Source: Pyrodictiaceae archaeon
GTDB lineage: Archaea > Thermoproteota > Thermoprotei_A > Sulfolobales > Pyrodictiaceae
Length of the DNA: 64,000 nt
Reading direction: 5' to 3'
NCBI GenBank assembly: GCA_027036135.1
Contig: JALVSY010000007.1
Coordinates: 644,880 to 708,879, forward strand
Shown here one piece after another: positions 19,568 through 29,203 of the stretch. How positions within the stretch are numbered: the stretch's first letter is position 1; every line of letters begins with the position of its first letter. The position numbers were made by a program, and so were the translations under genes. Under the pieces are notes generated by a model. The model was given only the letters and a program-made list of their open reading frames with translations, had not been told where the DNA came from and did no database searches.

Positions 19568-20119
19568 TTGAGCACTTCTATTGACGAGGCTCTCCAGGGC
19601 ATCGCTTCCTCCTCCGCGAAGCGCGAAAACTTCCCCGTCTACACGGTTCCCGCTGAGCGCGTAAGAGAAGCTACCCAGAAGATAAGGGAGCTAGGCTATG
19701 ACTATCTCCTCTCCATAAGCGCGGTTGATCTCCCAAAGGAGAAGAGGATAAAGCTCGTATACCACTTCACGAAGACAAGTGACCCAACAGACATAGTCGC
19801 GATAGAGACGTATCTTCCCAGGGACAAGCCCCACGTAGACACAATAAGCGACCTATACCCAGCCGCACTGCTCCAGGAGAGAGAAGAGTACGAGATGTTA
19901 GGCGTCTACTTCCGCGGCCACCCAGACCTAAGACACCTACTCCTACCCCCCGATTGGCCGCCCGGAGTCTACCCGTTGAGAAAGGACTTCAAGGTCTACG
20001 AGGAGCCAATACACACCACTAGGCAATCAAAGCCAGTATGGGTTATAAAGCCCGAGCTAAAGCCAAAACAAGGCACCAGCGAACAAGCAACCACAAAGCA
20101 ATCTGCACAGAAGAAATAA
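19568..20119 (+). CDS. nuoC: Complex I-like subunit C (opposite strand to the rest of the cluster)
   Basis: EREEYEMLGVYFRGHPDLRHLLLP..YPLRKDF. Confidence 0.93.
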   Translation: MSTSIDEALQGIASSSAKRENFPVYTVPAERVREATQKIRELGYDYLLSISAVDLPKEKRIKLVYHFTKTSDPTDIVAIETYLPRDKPHVDTISDLYPAALLQEREEYEMLGVYFRGHPDLRHLLLPPDWPPGVYPLRKDFKVYEEPIHTTRQSKPVWVIKPELKPKQGTSEQATTKQSAQKK

Positions 20120-20185
20120 TAAATTAGGCAACAAACGTATCGGAAAACTGTTTTCTAATCCATCTAGGGGGAGGAGACCTCATAA

Positions 20186-20800
20186 CTAGTCTAGGGGTAT
20201 TCCACGCTCCTCGTAATAGTTCTTCGTAGGCTCCTTCACAGGACGCATCAGTTCCTCGAGAATCCTCTTATCCTTGACGTCTCTTGGCTTCCACTCGCCG
20301 CGCCTAACCTTCTTCTGGAGCTCGATGACGGCTCGTAGCACTGCCTCCGGTGTTGGCGGGCAACCAGGTATGAAATAGTCGACGGGAAGTATGTCTGCTG
20401 GCCTTATTATGTTGTAGCTATTGTAGAAGAGTCCGCCAGTTATGGCGCAGGCGCCCATAGCTATGACGAACTTTGGCCAGGGCATCTGCTCCCATACAAT
20501 TCTAGCTACACGGGCCATTTTCCGGGTGAGTGTACCCTCTACCAGTAACAGGTTAGTGTTCCTCGGATGAGTGAAGGGGAGGCTACCGAGCCTCTCGCCA
20601 TCGTACTTAGGGGCATAGGTAGCTGCAAACTCAGCTCCGCAGCAACTAGTTGTGAGGTGCACAGGCCAGAGACTGAAACTAATAGCCCAATCTATTAGGT
20701 TCTTGATCGGCTTCTTGTTTAGGAGCCACTTAGTAGCCTTCTCGGCCACCTCGTCTAGGTTGCCTATGAATACGAGGCCGCTTCTCGGACAAGTACTCAT
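20186..20800 (-). CDS. nuoB: Complex I-like subunit B
   Basis: TSCCGAE, AMGACA, IPGCPPTPE. Likely ATG at 20800. Confidence 0.93.
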   Translation of the reverse strand: MSTCPRSGLVFIGNLDEVAEKATKWLLNKKPIKNLIDWAISFSLWPVHLTTSCCGAEFAATYAPKYDGERLGSLPFTHPRNTNLLLVEGTLTRKMARVARIVWEQMPWPKFVIAMGACAITGGLFYNSYNIIRPADILPVDYFIPGCPPTPEAVLRAVIELQKKVRRGEWKPRDVKDKRILEELMRPVKEPTKNYYEERGIPLD

Positions 20801-20835
20801 AGCGAACCAGCCCTCCAACCACGAAGCATGGATTG

Positions 20836-21204
20836 TTAATCAAAGCTCCAGAACTCTTTACGCGACGCATACCTAATGGCATAGAAAAGCGGGGGCACCA
20901 CTATTATGCCTGCTGCTATGTTCAGACCTATCCACGTCAAGTCCCAGCTCTTAGCAACAGTTGGTAGCGTGAAGAGCGGCATGAATATCGGGTCAAGCAC
21001 CACGAACGCGATCACGTAGCCGAGATACTGGTAGAGCACGGGGGGCCTAGGAGTACCCTTTGGCGGGTTAGCTGCCTCGTAGCGGACTTTGCTGAAGAAC
21101 CTATCTGGTCCACGCGTAACCAACGATAACACGTAGTAGACCAGTATAAGGACTAGCGGGATAAGCACGACAACGGTGCCTATAGATACTATGGCGTCAT
21201 ACAC
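20836..21204 (-). CDS. nuoA: Complex I-like subunit A
   Basis: Three TMs, RYEAANPP loop, position before nuoB. Confidence 0.85.
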   Translation of the reverse strand: MYDAIVSIGTVVVLIPLVLILVYYVLSLVTRGPDRFFSKVRYEAANPPKGTPRPPVLYQYLGYVIAFVVLDPIFMPLFTLPTVAKSWDLTWIGLNIAAGIIVVPPLFYAIRYASRKEFWSFD

Positions 21205-21405
21205 GGCTCATCCCTCGCAGCGAAGAACACAACCTGGGGGCCGCGGCCCCGGTTCCCCAATTTACTAAGCTTTTCCAGGGACTCGGTAGTTGTTAAACCT
21301 AGCCCAGCCTAGTGCGATGAATAGTCTAAAACGTAGCAACCGGGAACAAAAAGACAAAGGGGCTCGGGCCTCCTACACAGTTCTCCTCGGAGGAGGACTC
21401 TAGTC

Positions 21406-21828
21406 TTGGCCGAGGAGATAAAGATAAACAACTACCTAGTTTTAAGAGACAGGCTCTACACAAAGACCGATGAGTGGGTTAAGCGCGAGGGAGACCTGGT
21501 AATCGTCGGCATAACGGACTATGCGCAGAAGAAGCTACGGGACATAGTGGGCGTTGACCTGCCGGAGACTGGCACAAGCGTCAAGGCCGGGGATGCTGTG
21601 GCCAGCATAGAGTCCGTCAAGGCAGCCGCAGACGTCTATGCACCAGTCTCCGGGGAAATAGTTGAGGTAAACGAGCGGCTCTACGATGAGCCAGAGCTAC
21701 TCAACAAGGACCCCTACGGCGAGGGATGGATGTTCAAAATAAGGCTAAGCGATGAGAAGGAACTAGAGAAGCTCCTCACACCAGAACAGTACGCGGAAAA
21801 AATAAGGAAAGAGGAAGAGGAGCACTAG
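21406..21828 (+). CDS. gcvH: Glycine cleavage H (lipoyl carrier) protein
   Basis: VGITDYAQ, ESVKA lipoyl Lys, DPYGEGW. GGAGG RBS. Confidence 0.95.
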   Translation: MAEEIKINNYLVLRDRLYTKTDEWVKREGDLVIVGITDYAQKKLRDIVGVDLPETGTSVKAGDAVASIESVKAAADVYAPVSGEIVEVNERLYDEPELLNKDPYGEGWMFKIRLSDEKELEKLLTPEQYAEKIRKEEEEH

Positions 21829-21842
21829 GCAGCATTTCTTAG

Positions 21843-22874
21843 TTACTTCTTCCCTCTCTTCATCAGCGTTAGTCTCATCGATACCTTTGGCTTTACCTTC
21901 CCGGTCTTCTTCCAGTCTCCCTTGATCTCTACGTTCTTTCCTCTACGCTTCTGCAGATAATTGAACACTGCTAGTGCTGCTTTTGCACCATCGCCTGCGG
22001 AGATTACTGCTTGCTTGAACGGTATGTGAGTCACGTCCCCGGCTGCGAAGAGACCAGGGGTCTTTGTCCGCTGCATGTGATCCACTATTATCTCGCCATT
22101 CTCGTTGAGATCTACCAGGTGCTTGACGAAGTCCGTCTTAGCGACGTAGCCTAGCTCTACGAAGACTCCGTCAACCTCTAGTCTCTTCTCCTCTCCACTA
22201 TTCTTGTCCTTTACTATGAGCGCGGTTACCCTGTTCCCGTCGCCCTCTACGCGGACCGGTACATGGTTCTCAAGTATCTCCACAACTGGTGCCGACTTGA
22301 CCCTCGCTACTAGGTCTGGGTCCCCGAAGAGCTTGGTCGGTGTGACATAGTAGACCTTCTTTGCGAGGCCTGCTAGAAGCGTTACTGCCTCGAGCCCTTG
22401 ATCGCCGAGCCCAACGACAACGGTTCTCTTGCCCGCGTAGAGGGGTCCGTCACAGATAGTGCAGTAGCTTATCCCCTTGCCGTCGTACTCTTCTTCGCCG
22501 GGCACGTTCATTCTCTTGGGCAGCTTGCCTATTGCGAGGATGACGGCGTCTGCCTGGTACTTGTTGCCCCGCTTGCTCTCGAGGAGGAAGCTGCCGTCCT
22601 CTAGCTTCTCTATCCTCGTTATCATCTCGCCGTAGCGGAACTTGGCCCCGAAGGTCCTAGCCTGTTTCTCAACGCGCTGAGCGAGATCGATGCCCTTTAT
22701 AGCCTCGATGCCGGGATAGTTCTCGATAACACTGGCCTCCATTAGCTGGCCTCCAAGATCGAGGCTCACAACGAGCACATCGACGCCCTGCCTAGCGAGA
22801 TAGAGAGCAGCTGTGAGCCCAGCCATGCCCGCGCCAACGACTATTATGTCGTGGCGCTCCACTTCCTCCGCCAT
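21843..22874 (-). CDS. trxB: Thioredoxin reductase
   Basis: GAGMAG, ISYCTICDG, FAAGD. Likely ATG at 22874. Confidence 0.88.
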   Translation of the reverse strand: MAEEVERHDIIVVGAGMAGLTAALYLARQGVDVLVVSLDLGGQLMEASVIENYPGIEAIKGIDLAQRVEKQARTFGAKFRYGEMITRIEKLEDGSFLLESKRGNKYQADAVILAIGKLPKRMNVPGEEEYDGKGISYCTICDGPLYAGKRTVVVGLGDQGLEAVTLLAGLAKKVYYVTPTKLFGDPDLVARVKSAPVVEILENHVPVRVEGDGNRVTALIVKDKNSGEEKRLEVDGVFVELGYVAKTDFVKHLVDLNENGEIIVDHMQRTKTPGLFAAGDVTHIPFKQAVISAGDGAKAALAVFNYLQKRRGKNVEIKGDWKKTGKVKPKVSMRLTLMKRGKK

Positions 22875-23059
22875 GCATAGGCACCCGTGTTGTGGAAGAA
22901 GAGCATAACTAACTACTAATATGTCTTGCACACGTGTTAAATGTGCGATCAACTCTTTCGAATAGAGCCACATAAATACTATGAAGGCCTCTTGGCATTT
23001 TTGATTCAAAGTATTTTTAGTATCACGGAGATAGTGACAGGGAGAGTAATCCGGGGCTA

Positions 23060-23714
23060 CATGCAAGAAGCAAGGAATATGAACTATGCAGTAATAGGTG
23101 TTTGCTTCGCACTCCTCCTAGTTACTATGGTTCAAGCACTAGGCTGGCTCGCTCCATTAAATCAATATATTAATACCCATATACAGCACACGCGCTCTAT
23201 CATAGCTAATGCATATACATTCACCGCCGATATCGCGTTCTCATTGCTCGTCCTAGCGCTGCTCTTTGCCTATGAGGTGAGTAAGTACAGAGGACTTACA
23301 AGGAACTACGTATTACTAGTGACGTCCATGATTGTTTCAATGATAATAGTGTTTGTGCTCAAGATAGTGATTAGGGAGCCAAGACCAGGCGAAGAATACG
23401 TTTCATATACTGTTTACCAAGCAATCATGCATGCTGACTACTTCGGGTTCCCATCGGGCCATACAGCTAGGGCCACGGTCTTCGCCTACTTTCTGGGAAA
23501 GAGGTGGAGAAAAGCCATGCCCCTTCTATGGCTGTGGGCTGGAGGCATAGCTCTGAGCCGCCTAGTTCTCGGGGCTCATTGGTTTAGTGACGTGATTGGA
23601 GCAGTGCTTGTAGGTCTCTTTGCATCATTACTAGCTGAGGCGCTAAGCGATAGGCTTATAACTATCTATAACAAGGTCATCGGCTTTATTCCCATTCTTA
23701 GAGTAGTGGATTAG
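23060..23714 (+). CDS. PAP2 family membrane phosphatase
   Basis: KxxxxxxRP, FPSGH, SRLVLGAHWFSDV. Start uncertain (23060 or 23078). Confidence 0.88.
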
Positions 23715-25588
23715 GGCGGCAGTGGCAGGTTTGCATAGAGCGCGGTGATACCGAACCCTATTAGATCCAATATTATGAATAGCTTTATTGCGTCCTTTAA
23801 CCCCAGCTCTCTTATCATTGCCCCGAGCGCTATGATGCATGGTACCTGATACGTTGAAGCCATTGTGAATATGAGGATCTGTTTATGCGTTAGCACCGTG
23901 CTGAAGCTTGTCGTGCCGAGCACGGCAGCGAGCATCGCTATTACAAGGTCTTTTTGCAGGAACCCGTAAACCAGGGGAATCATTGCCGCCGGGGGGAGGT
24001 GGAGTACTCTAGCTGGTGGCGCTAGGATTTTCAGTGACTTTGTGGCTAGCCCCGTATAGTCTAGCGCTGCGTATATTATTGCGCCAGCAACAACGAGTGG
24101 TGTCACTATCTTTATGAAGTCCTCGAGGCGGAGCCATGCCTTGCTAGCAACATTACGTAGTAGTGGTCTTCGTAGAGGGGGCAGGTCCTCAATGATTATT
24201 GCTTCCTCCTGTGCTCCCAGTATTGATGCAAGAACCTTTACCACGATGAGTGCTATGATGAACCCGAGTAAGTAGATTAGCATGGGCGCCCATGCCCCCA
24301 GCTCCCTGCCAGCGACACCGAATATTATTGATGCCCTAGAGGAGCATGGGACAAATGCTAGCGCGGCTATCGCGAGTATTCTCTGCTTCTTACCGGGAAG
24401 TATCCGTGTAGACGTAGTGGCGGGCACTGAGCATCCAAGCCCTAGGAGTACTGGTATGATTGCCTTAGAGTAGAGCCCTATCTTCTTGGTGAATCCGTGG
24501 AGCCATGCAACCATTCTACCCAGTAGGCCAGAGTCCTCGAGCAGGACGAGGAGCAGGTAGAATATGAACACGTAGGGCAGGGCTGCTATGTACTGCGCAT
24601 AGAGGGCCTCGATGCTCTTGGCTAGAGCATATCCTGCGAACCCACTACTGGCCAGGAAGCCGATAACTCGCTCAACGCTAGGTGATAGAATTAAGTCGAG
24701 GTAGTCAATTATCTTCCCACCAGTAATCACGGTTACCGCTATGAGGCCGAGCACGATCGAGGCCGAGGCCGCCATACCAATATACGGGTTAGAGAGCAAG
24801 AGTTCATCAAGCCTATTCCTCCGAGGAGCAACGAGTATCCGGGAGTACTTGCTTGCTATTTGTAGCGCGTAGCCTGCGCGAGTGGTCTCTATATCCAGCT
24901 GAGGATTATGCCCGCTTGCTTTAAGCTCCGCTATAGCCTCTTCTGCTTCCCTGCAGTGATACTTCTCGTATACAAGTGGGTCTCCCTCAATAAGGCGGAC
25001 CGCAAGACCCCTCCTACTAAGCCTCGTGCCCTCCGGGATACAGTTAATCGCCCTCAATATAGCGGCCTCTATGTGGTCATCATACCTTATCTCTAGCCTT
25101 CCTTTCCTCGCCTCCCCTATCCTCTTAATGAACTCTTCTAGCCTGCCACGCTTCACGGGATTAATCCTAACAACGGGCACGCCTAGCTCCTTCTCGAGCC
25201 CTGCATAGTCTATTCTTATACCCTTGTGCTCAGCCTCCTCCCAGAAATTAACAGCAACTATTAAGGGCACGCCTAGCTCTATCAGCGTTATCGCTAACAA
25301 TAATCCTCTCTCAAAGGCAGTCGCATCAACAAGCACAACAGCAAAATCATAGCTCTCTCCAAGTATTATCCTCTCAGTTATCTCTTCCTCCAAGCTACTT
25401 GGATAAAGATTATAGACCCCGGGAGTATCTATGAACTCGTACTCCTCGCCGTTTAGAACCGCCTTAGCCCTGTAGATATCAACGGTCGTCCCAGGATAAT
25501 TAGCAACCCTTACATTAGCCCCTGTCAGCGCGTTCAATAAACTACTCTTACCTACATTCGGCTGTCCTACAAGAATAACCCTCTTCAC
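23711..25588 (-). CDS. feoB: Ferrous iron transporter FeoB
   Basis: GQPNVGKS, NYPGTTV, DTPG, LEDSG, GLGCSVPA. Likely GTG at 25588. Confidence 0.93.
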   Translation of the reverse strand: MKRVILVGQPNVGKSSLLNALTGANVRVANYPGTTVDIYRAKAVLNGEEYEFIDTPGVYNLYPSSLEEEITERIILGESYDFAVVLVDATAFERGLLLAITLIELGVPLIVAVNFWEEAEHKGIRIDYAGLEKELGVPVVRINPVKRGRLEEFIKRIGEARKGRLEIRYDDHIEAAILRAINCIPEGTRLSRRGLAVRLIEGDPLVYEKYHCREAEEAIAELKASGHNPQLDIETTRAGYALQIASKYSRILVAPRRNRLDELLLSNPYIGMAASASIVLGLIAVTVITGGKIIDYLDLILSPSVERVIGFLASSGFAGYALAKSIEALYAQYIAALPYVFIFYLLLVLLEDSGLLGRMVAWLHGFTKKIGLYSKAIIPVLLGLGCSVPATTSTRILPGKKQRILAIAALAFVPCSSRASIIFGVAGRELGAWAPMLIYLLGFIIALIVVKVLASILGAQEEAIIIEDLPPLRRPLLRNVASKAWLRLEDFIKIVTPLVVAGAIIYAALDYTGLATKSLKILAPPARVLHLPPAAMIPLVYGFLQKDLVIAMLAAVLGTTSFSTVLTHKQILIFTMASTYQVPCIIALGAMIRELGLKDAIKLFIILDLIGFGITALYANLPLPP

Positions 25589-25607
25589 CGCGGCTCTAAA
25601 CCTCGCC

Positions 25608-26204
25608 CTACTCCACGATAACAATGATTTTTCTAGCGATATCGGAGTCGATGGCGGCCAAGTGAGCCCCAAGTCCCGCCTCAACAATGACTAGGTCCTT
25701 GGTCTTTGAGACGACACGGATACGCCTGCCAGGTAGCACGCCTACACCATAGAGCCTCGCAAGCATACTAGGCCTAGGAACCAGTATAGCAATTACCCTT
25801 GCATACGAACCCGGCCCTAGCTCACTAAGCAACGAAACCTTCTTGGCCTCAAGGCCCTTAATGAGCCCCTTAATATCTATATCGAGGTGTTCGAGTGCAT
25901 GGGCTGCCTCGTGAACACTTATCTTTTTCCCAAGGACCTTCTCTAATAGGGTCTCAGCTAAGCGATGATGCTCGTAAATTCGCTGTGCTCTCTCAGTACC
26001 CTTATTAGTCAGCTCAATTACATCATTCTTTCTCCTCACCAGTCCCTCTGACTCCAGCTCAGCTACAGCCTTCTCGACTAGATCCTTCTCACCAATATCC
26101 TTAATCGCTTCCTTTATTGTACTCCTACCCTTATTCTCTAAGAGATAGCGCAGCACATCCTCCTTAGCCATAGCCTCGGCGCTGAAGTGCTCGTCCTCGG
26201 GCAA
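25608..26204 (-). CDS. DtxR/MntR-type metal-dependent regulator with C-terminal FeoA domain
   Basis: wHTH, LTNKG..IYEHHRLAE, EAAHALEH, then FeoA-like RLYGVGVLPG. Confidence 0.85.
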   Translation of the reverse strand: MPEDEHFSAEAMAKEDVLRYLLENKGRSTIKEAIKDIGEKDLVEKAVAELESEGLVRRKNDVIELTNKGTERAQRIYEHHRLAETLLEKVLGKKISVHEAAHALEHLDIDIKGLIKGLEAKKVSLLSELGPGSYARVIAILVPRPSMLARLYGVGVLPGRRIRVVSKTKDLVIVEAGLGAHLAAIDSDIARKIIVIVE

Positions 26205-26385
26205 AAACAGTCCCTAGACGTAAACGCTCGATAAAAAGAGCACTATCTAAATTTCTACCATTGTTTTCACAAAGTAGACTCCAGCATAAAATAGCGGCAC
26301 AGTCTAGGAGGCCTCAAACAAATATGGAATATAAGCTAAAAACCATTATGGTACATGGACAACGCTATTTAATACACAGTTATTA

Positions 26386-26442
26386 TTACTGCTGTCCCTC
26401 GCTGCCCTTCTTACCCTTCTTGCTCCTCTTGCTCTTTGCCAC
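26386..26442 (-). CDS. Candidate 18-aa basic peptide MAKSKRSKKGKKGSEGQQ
   Basis: GGGGTG RBS, 6-nt spacer, GTG start, ending in TAATAATAA. Confidence 0.5.
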   Translation of the reverse strand: MAKSKRSKKGKKGSEGQQ

Positions 26443-26698
26443 TTTGTACACCCCAAGTGTTTTCCTTTCACTTAGTCAGTGAGGACACTAGAGGGGATTT
26501 ACCCTCGCTTACACCAATACAATTACAGCGGCGAAGAATGGGCCCAAACTACGCCTTAGCTTCGCAGAGTACTACATTCTGTCCCTAGCCTTACTAGGAT
26601 CTGAATAATGCATCCTCGCTATAACCCTGGCTCCATGGATGAATATATGGGTTCACCCAACAATAACCGGACCTTGTGCTACTGAGGAGGATACTACA

Positions 26699-27424
26699 TT
26701 GTCCACGGCTCCTCAAAGTAGCGAAGAGGAGCTAAAAAACGCCAAGTTCGTCCTCTTTAATTTACTACGGGCACTTAAGTTCTTCTATTCCTTTAAGGAG
26801 CTTGAAAGAATTCTTGGCGTACCTTCCCAGGTTCTGTGGCGCTACGTGACGCTGCGCGCAATGCCTGAGAAAGATACAGCACAGAGAATCCTTAACAAGA
26901 TTATGAAGGAAGGGGTCATCGAGAAGACTCTTAAAAGAGTAATAGAGAGCAGCAATGGTGATGAGTGGCGGCTTCTAGGAAACCCGGGAGTACTAGAGCT
27001 AGCTGGGCTCAAGGTAGCTGATATGCTTAAGAAGACCAGGGTCGACGTAGTGCTGGCTCCTTGTGATGGATACTCTGTAGCACTTGCAACAATTATAGCA
27101 ACCTATCTTAAGTCTAGGATATGTATTGCAACAAGATATCTCTATAGCAATAATAACACAGTAGAGTACTATAGGGAAGGAGGCAGTGTAGAGGCCATAG
27201 CTGTCCCCAGCGACTGTATACCTAAGAAAGCAAGAGTCGTAATAATTCTCGCAACAGAGTACAGCGCTAACTGCCTAGATGCAGTAATAAATATTATCAA
27301 GCGTAGACGGGGCGAGATTATATCAATATTCTCACTTACGGAGATAAAGACTAGAAGAATGCCAGAAGCTATATCAATAAAGGCCTTTAATGGGTTCTTA
27401 AAAAACTTCTCCCCGACGAAATAG
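26699..27424 (+). CDS. HTH plus phosphoribosyltransferase-like transcriptional regulator
   Basis: N-terminal HTH (YSFKELERILGVPSQVLWRYV) and a degenerate PRTase fold without the DD motif. GGAGG RBS before TTG 26699. Confidence 0.75.
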   Translation: MSTAPQSSEEELKNAKFVLFNLLRALKFFYSFKELERILGVPSQVLWRYVTLRAMPEKDTAQRILNKIMKEGVIEKTLKRVIESSNGDEWRLLGNPGVLELAGLKVADMLKKTRVDVVLAPCDGYSVALATIIATYLKSRICIATRYLYSNNNTVEYYREGGSVEAIAVPSDCIPKKARVVIILATEYSANCLDAVINIIKRRRGEIISIFSLTEIKTRRMPEAISIKAFNGFLKNFSPTK

Positions 27425-27513
27425 GAACAAGGCAAGATATTCGGTAAAGAAAAGCTATGGAATATCGATCTTTAAGAATCTGATTAGTTACAGCTCGATA
27501 CCCAGTAGCATGG

Positions 27514-27594
27514 TTATTGTTCTTCTTTCTTTTCTTGCTTCTGTTCTTCAGTCTTCTGTTCCTCCTTCTTGCTCCTTCTCCTCCTTCTCAGCAC
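27514..27594 (-). CDS. Candidate 26-aa charged peptide MLRRRRRSKKEEQKTEEQKQEKKEEQ
   Basis: TATA-like CTTAAAA, AGGTG RBS, GTG start, TAA stop. Confidence 0.55.
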   Translation of the reverse strand: MLRRRRRSKKEEQKTEEQKQEKKEEQ

Positions 27595-27786
27595 TATACG
27601 AATGCACCTTTTCTTGTTCGGTTTTAAGTAGAGACTGGAGCACAAGCTTACGCATAGCTAGCAGTATATGATATTATGGTGATAGTACAATGACGGCTTG
27701 AACATAATATTTCCTAGGATGCTATAGTTTATGAGCTGAAGCCGTAGGAGTCGTTTAATACTCAACTACTATTCCTTGCTGATCTG

Positions 27787-28422
27787 GTGGCACGTATGGT
27801 TCGTATAGCTTTCTTATCTGGCGGCAAGGATTCGCTCTATGCCGCGTTGCAGAGATGGCCTATTGACTATGGTGTCGTCCTTGTCTACGAGTTTCCCCGG
27901 CCAAGTCCACACCTCGTCAACCTGGGCAAGAGCGTTGAGACCCTCCTACTAGCTGGTGTCAGCGTCGTTGTCGAGAGGCTTCCTAGGGGCCGGGAAAGGG
28001 AGGAGACCATTAAGCTCCTTAGGCGCCTCGGTGCCAGCGAGATAGTGGCTGGCGACGTCTATGTCGAGGATCACCTTAGGTACATGGAGGGCGTAGCCGG
28101 GGAGGTTGGCGCTAAGCTCTACGAGCCGCTATGGGGCATGGATACCGAGGAGCTGTTGTACAGGGAGATGGAGGCAGGGATAGTGTCTCTTGTAACAGGC
28201 GCCGATGAGAGACTAAGCAACTGGATCGGTAGGCTCCTCAGCAAGGATAATGCAGGAGAGCTGGCAAGCGAAGCCAAGCGGCTAGGCCTCGACCCTCTCG
28301 GCGAGCAGGGGGAGTACCACACACTCGTTGTCAATAGCCCTGTCCACGCGAGGCGCTTGTCTTACCGCGTCTGCGAGCGCTTCGGCCACGAGTCTGGCTA
28401 CGTGCTTCTCAGGGTGTGCTAA
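27787..28422 (+). CDS. DUF71/Dph6-like ATP pyrophosphatase (B12-associated group)
   Basis: SGGKDS PP-loop, GDVYVEDH, EPLW, DPLGEQGEYHT. Confidence 0.85.
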   Translation: MARMVRIAFLSGGKDSLYAALQRWPIDYGVVLVYEFPRPSPHLVNLGKSVETLLLAGVSVVVERLPRGREREETIKLLRRLGASEIVAGDVYVEDHLRYMEGVAGEVGAKLYEPLWGMDTEELLYREMEAGIVSLVTGADERLSNWIGRLLSKDNAGELASEAKRLGLDPLGEQGEYHTLVVNSPVHARRLSYRVCERFGHESGYVLLRVC

Positions 28423-28426
28423 CGGG

Positions 28427-29203
28427 ATGAGAACTGATTGCTTCTCCCTGGGAGAAATAGTCCTTGATGCTATTAGGCGCGGTGTTCGCGGCCAGGGCTG
28501 CGACTGCATAGCTATGAGCGGGGGCATTGATACCACGACTGTTGCTCTCGCGGCACGCCTAGAGGGGCTCGGGCTGAGAGGCATCGCTGCCTACTATGTT
28601 AACGGGGTTCCACGCGACCTAGCCTACGTTGGCTATGTCGCCGCTAGGCTCGGCATAGAGCTCCACTTAGCCCCGGTAACGAACGAGTACATCGCGTCCA
28701 AGGTAGGTTACGTTGTTAAGTGTACTGGTAGGAGGGACCATATCGAGGCCCGTAACGACGTAGTCTTCCTAAGAGCCCTCGAGGAGGCTAAGAGGCTTGG
28801 CTGCAAGTGCGTCCTCCTGGGAGACGGCGGGGACGAGGTCTTCGCTGGGTACAGCTTCATGCTTGCACTCGGTACGAGGGAGCTGAGAGAAACAATACTC
28901 AGGATGGCTACTCGTGGCCGCTACCCGGGCTTAGAGCTCGCCGAGTGCCTAGGCATTAGAGCTGTAGCCCCGCTGCTAAGCGACGAGGTCATCGAGCTAG
29001 TCCTCAAGGCCCCGAGCATCTGCATAAGGGGATGGAGCAATGAGGGCAAGGCGCTGCTGCGTAGCATTCTCCGCCGCCACGGCCTAGAGCTGGTAGCTAG
29101 TAGGCCGAAGACGCCCGCCGAGCAGGGAGCAGGCACGGACGGCTTGACCCGCGAGTTCCTCGAGAGGCTTAGCGGCATAGAGCTACCCGAGTGCCATTGC
29201 TAG
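28427..29203 (+). CDS. Asparagine synthase-like protein (synthetase domain only)
   Basis: SGGIDT, GDGGDEVFAGY, GKALLR, RPK; no glutaminase domain. ATG at 28427. Confidence 0.85.
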   Translation: MRTDCFSLGEIVLDAIRRGVRGQGCDCIAMSGGIDTTTVALAARLEGLGLRGIAAYYVNGVPRDLAYVGYVAARLGIELHLAPVTNEYIASKVGYVVKCTGRRDHIEARNDVVFLRALEEAKRLGCKCVLLGDGGDEVFAGYSFMLALGTRELRETILRMATRGRYPGLELAECLGIRAVAPLLSDEVIELVLKAPSICIRGWSNEGKALLRSILRRHGLELVASRPKTPAEQGAGTDGLTREFLERLSGIELPECHC

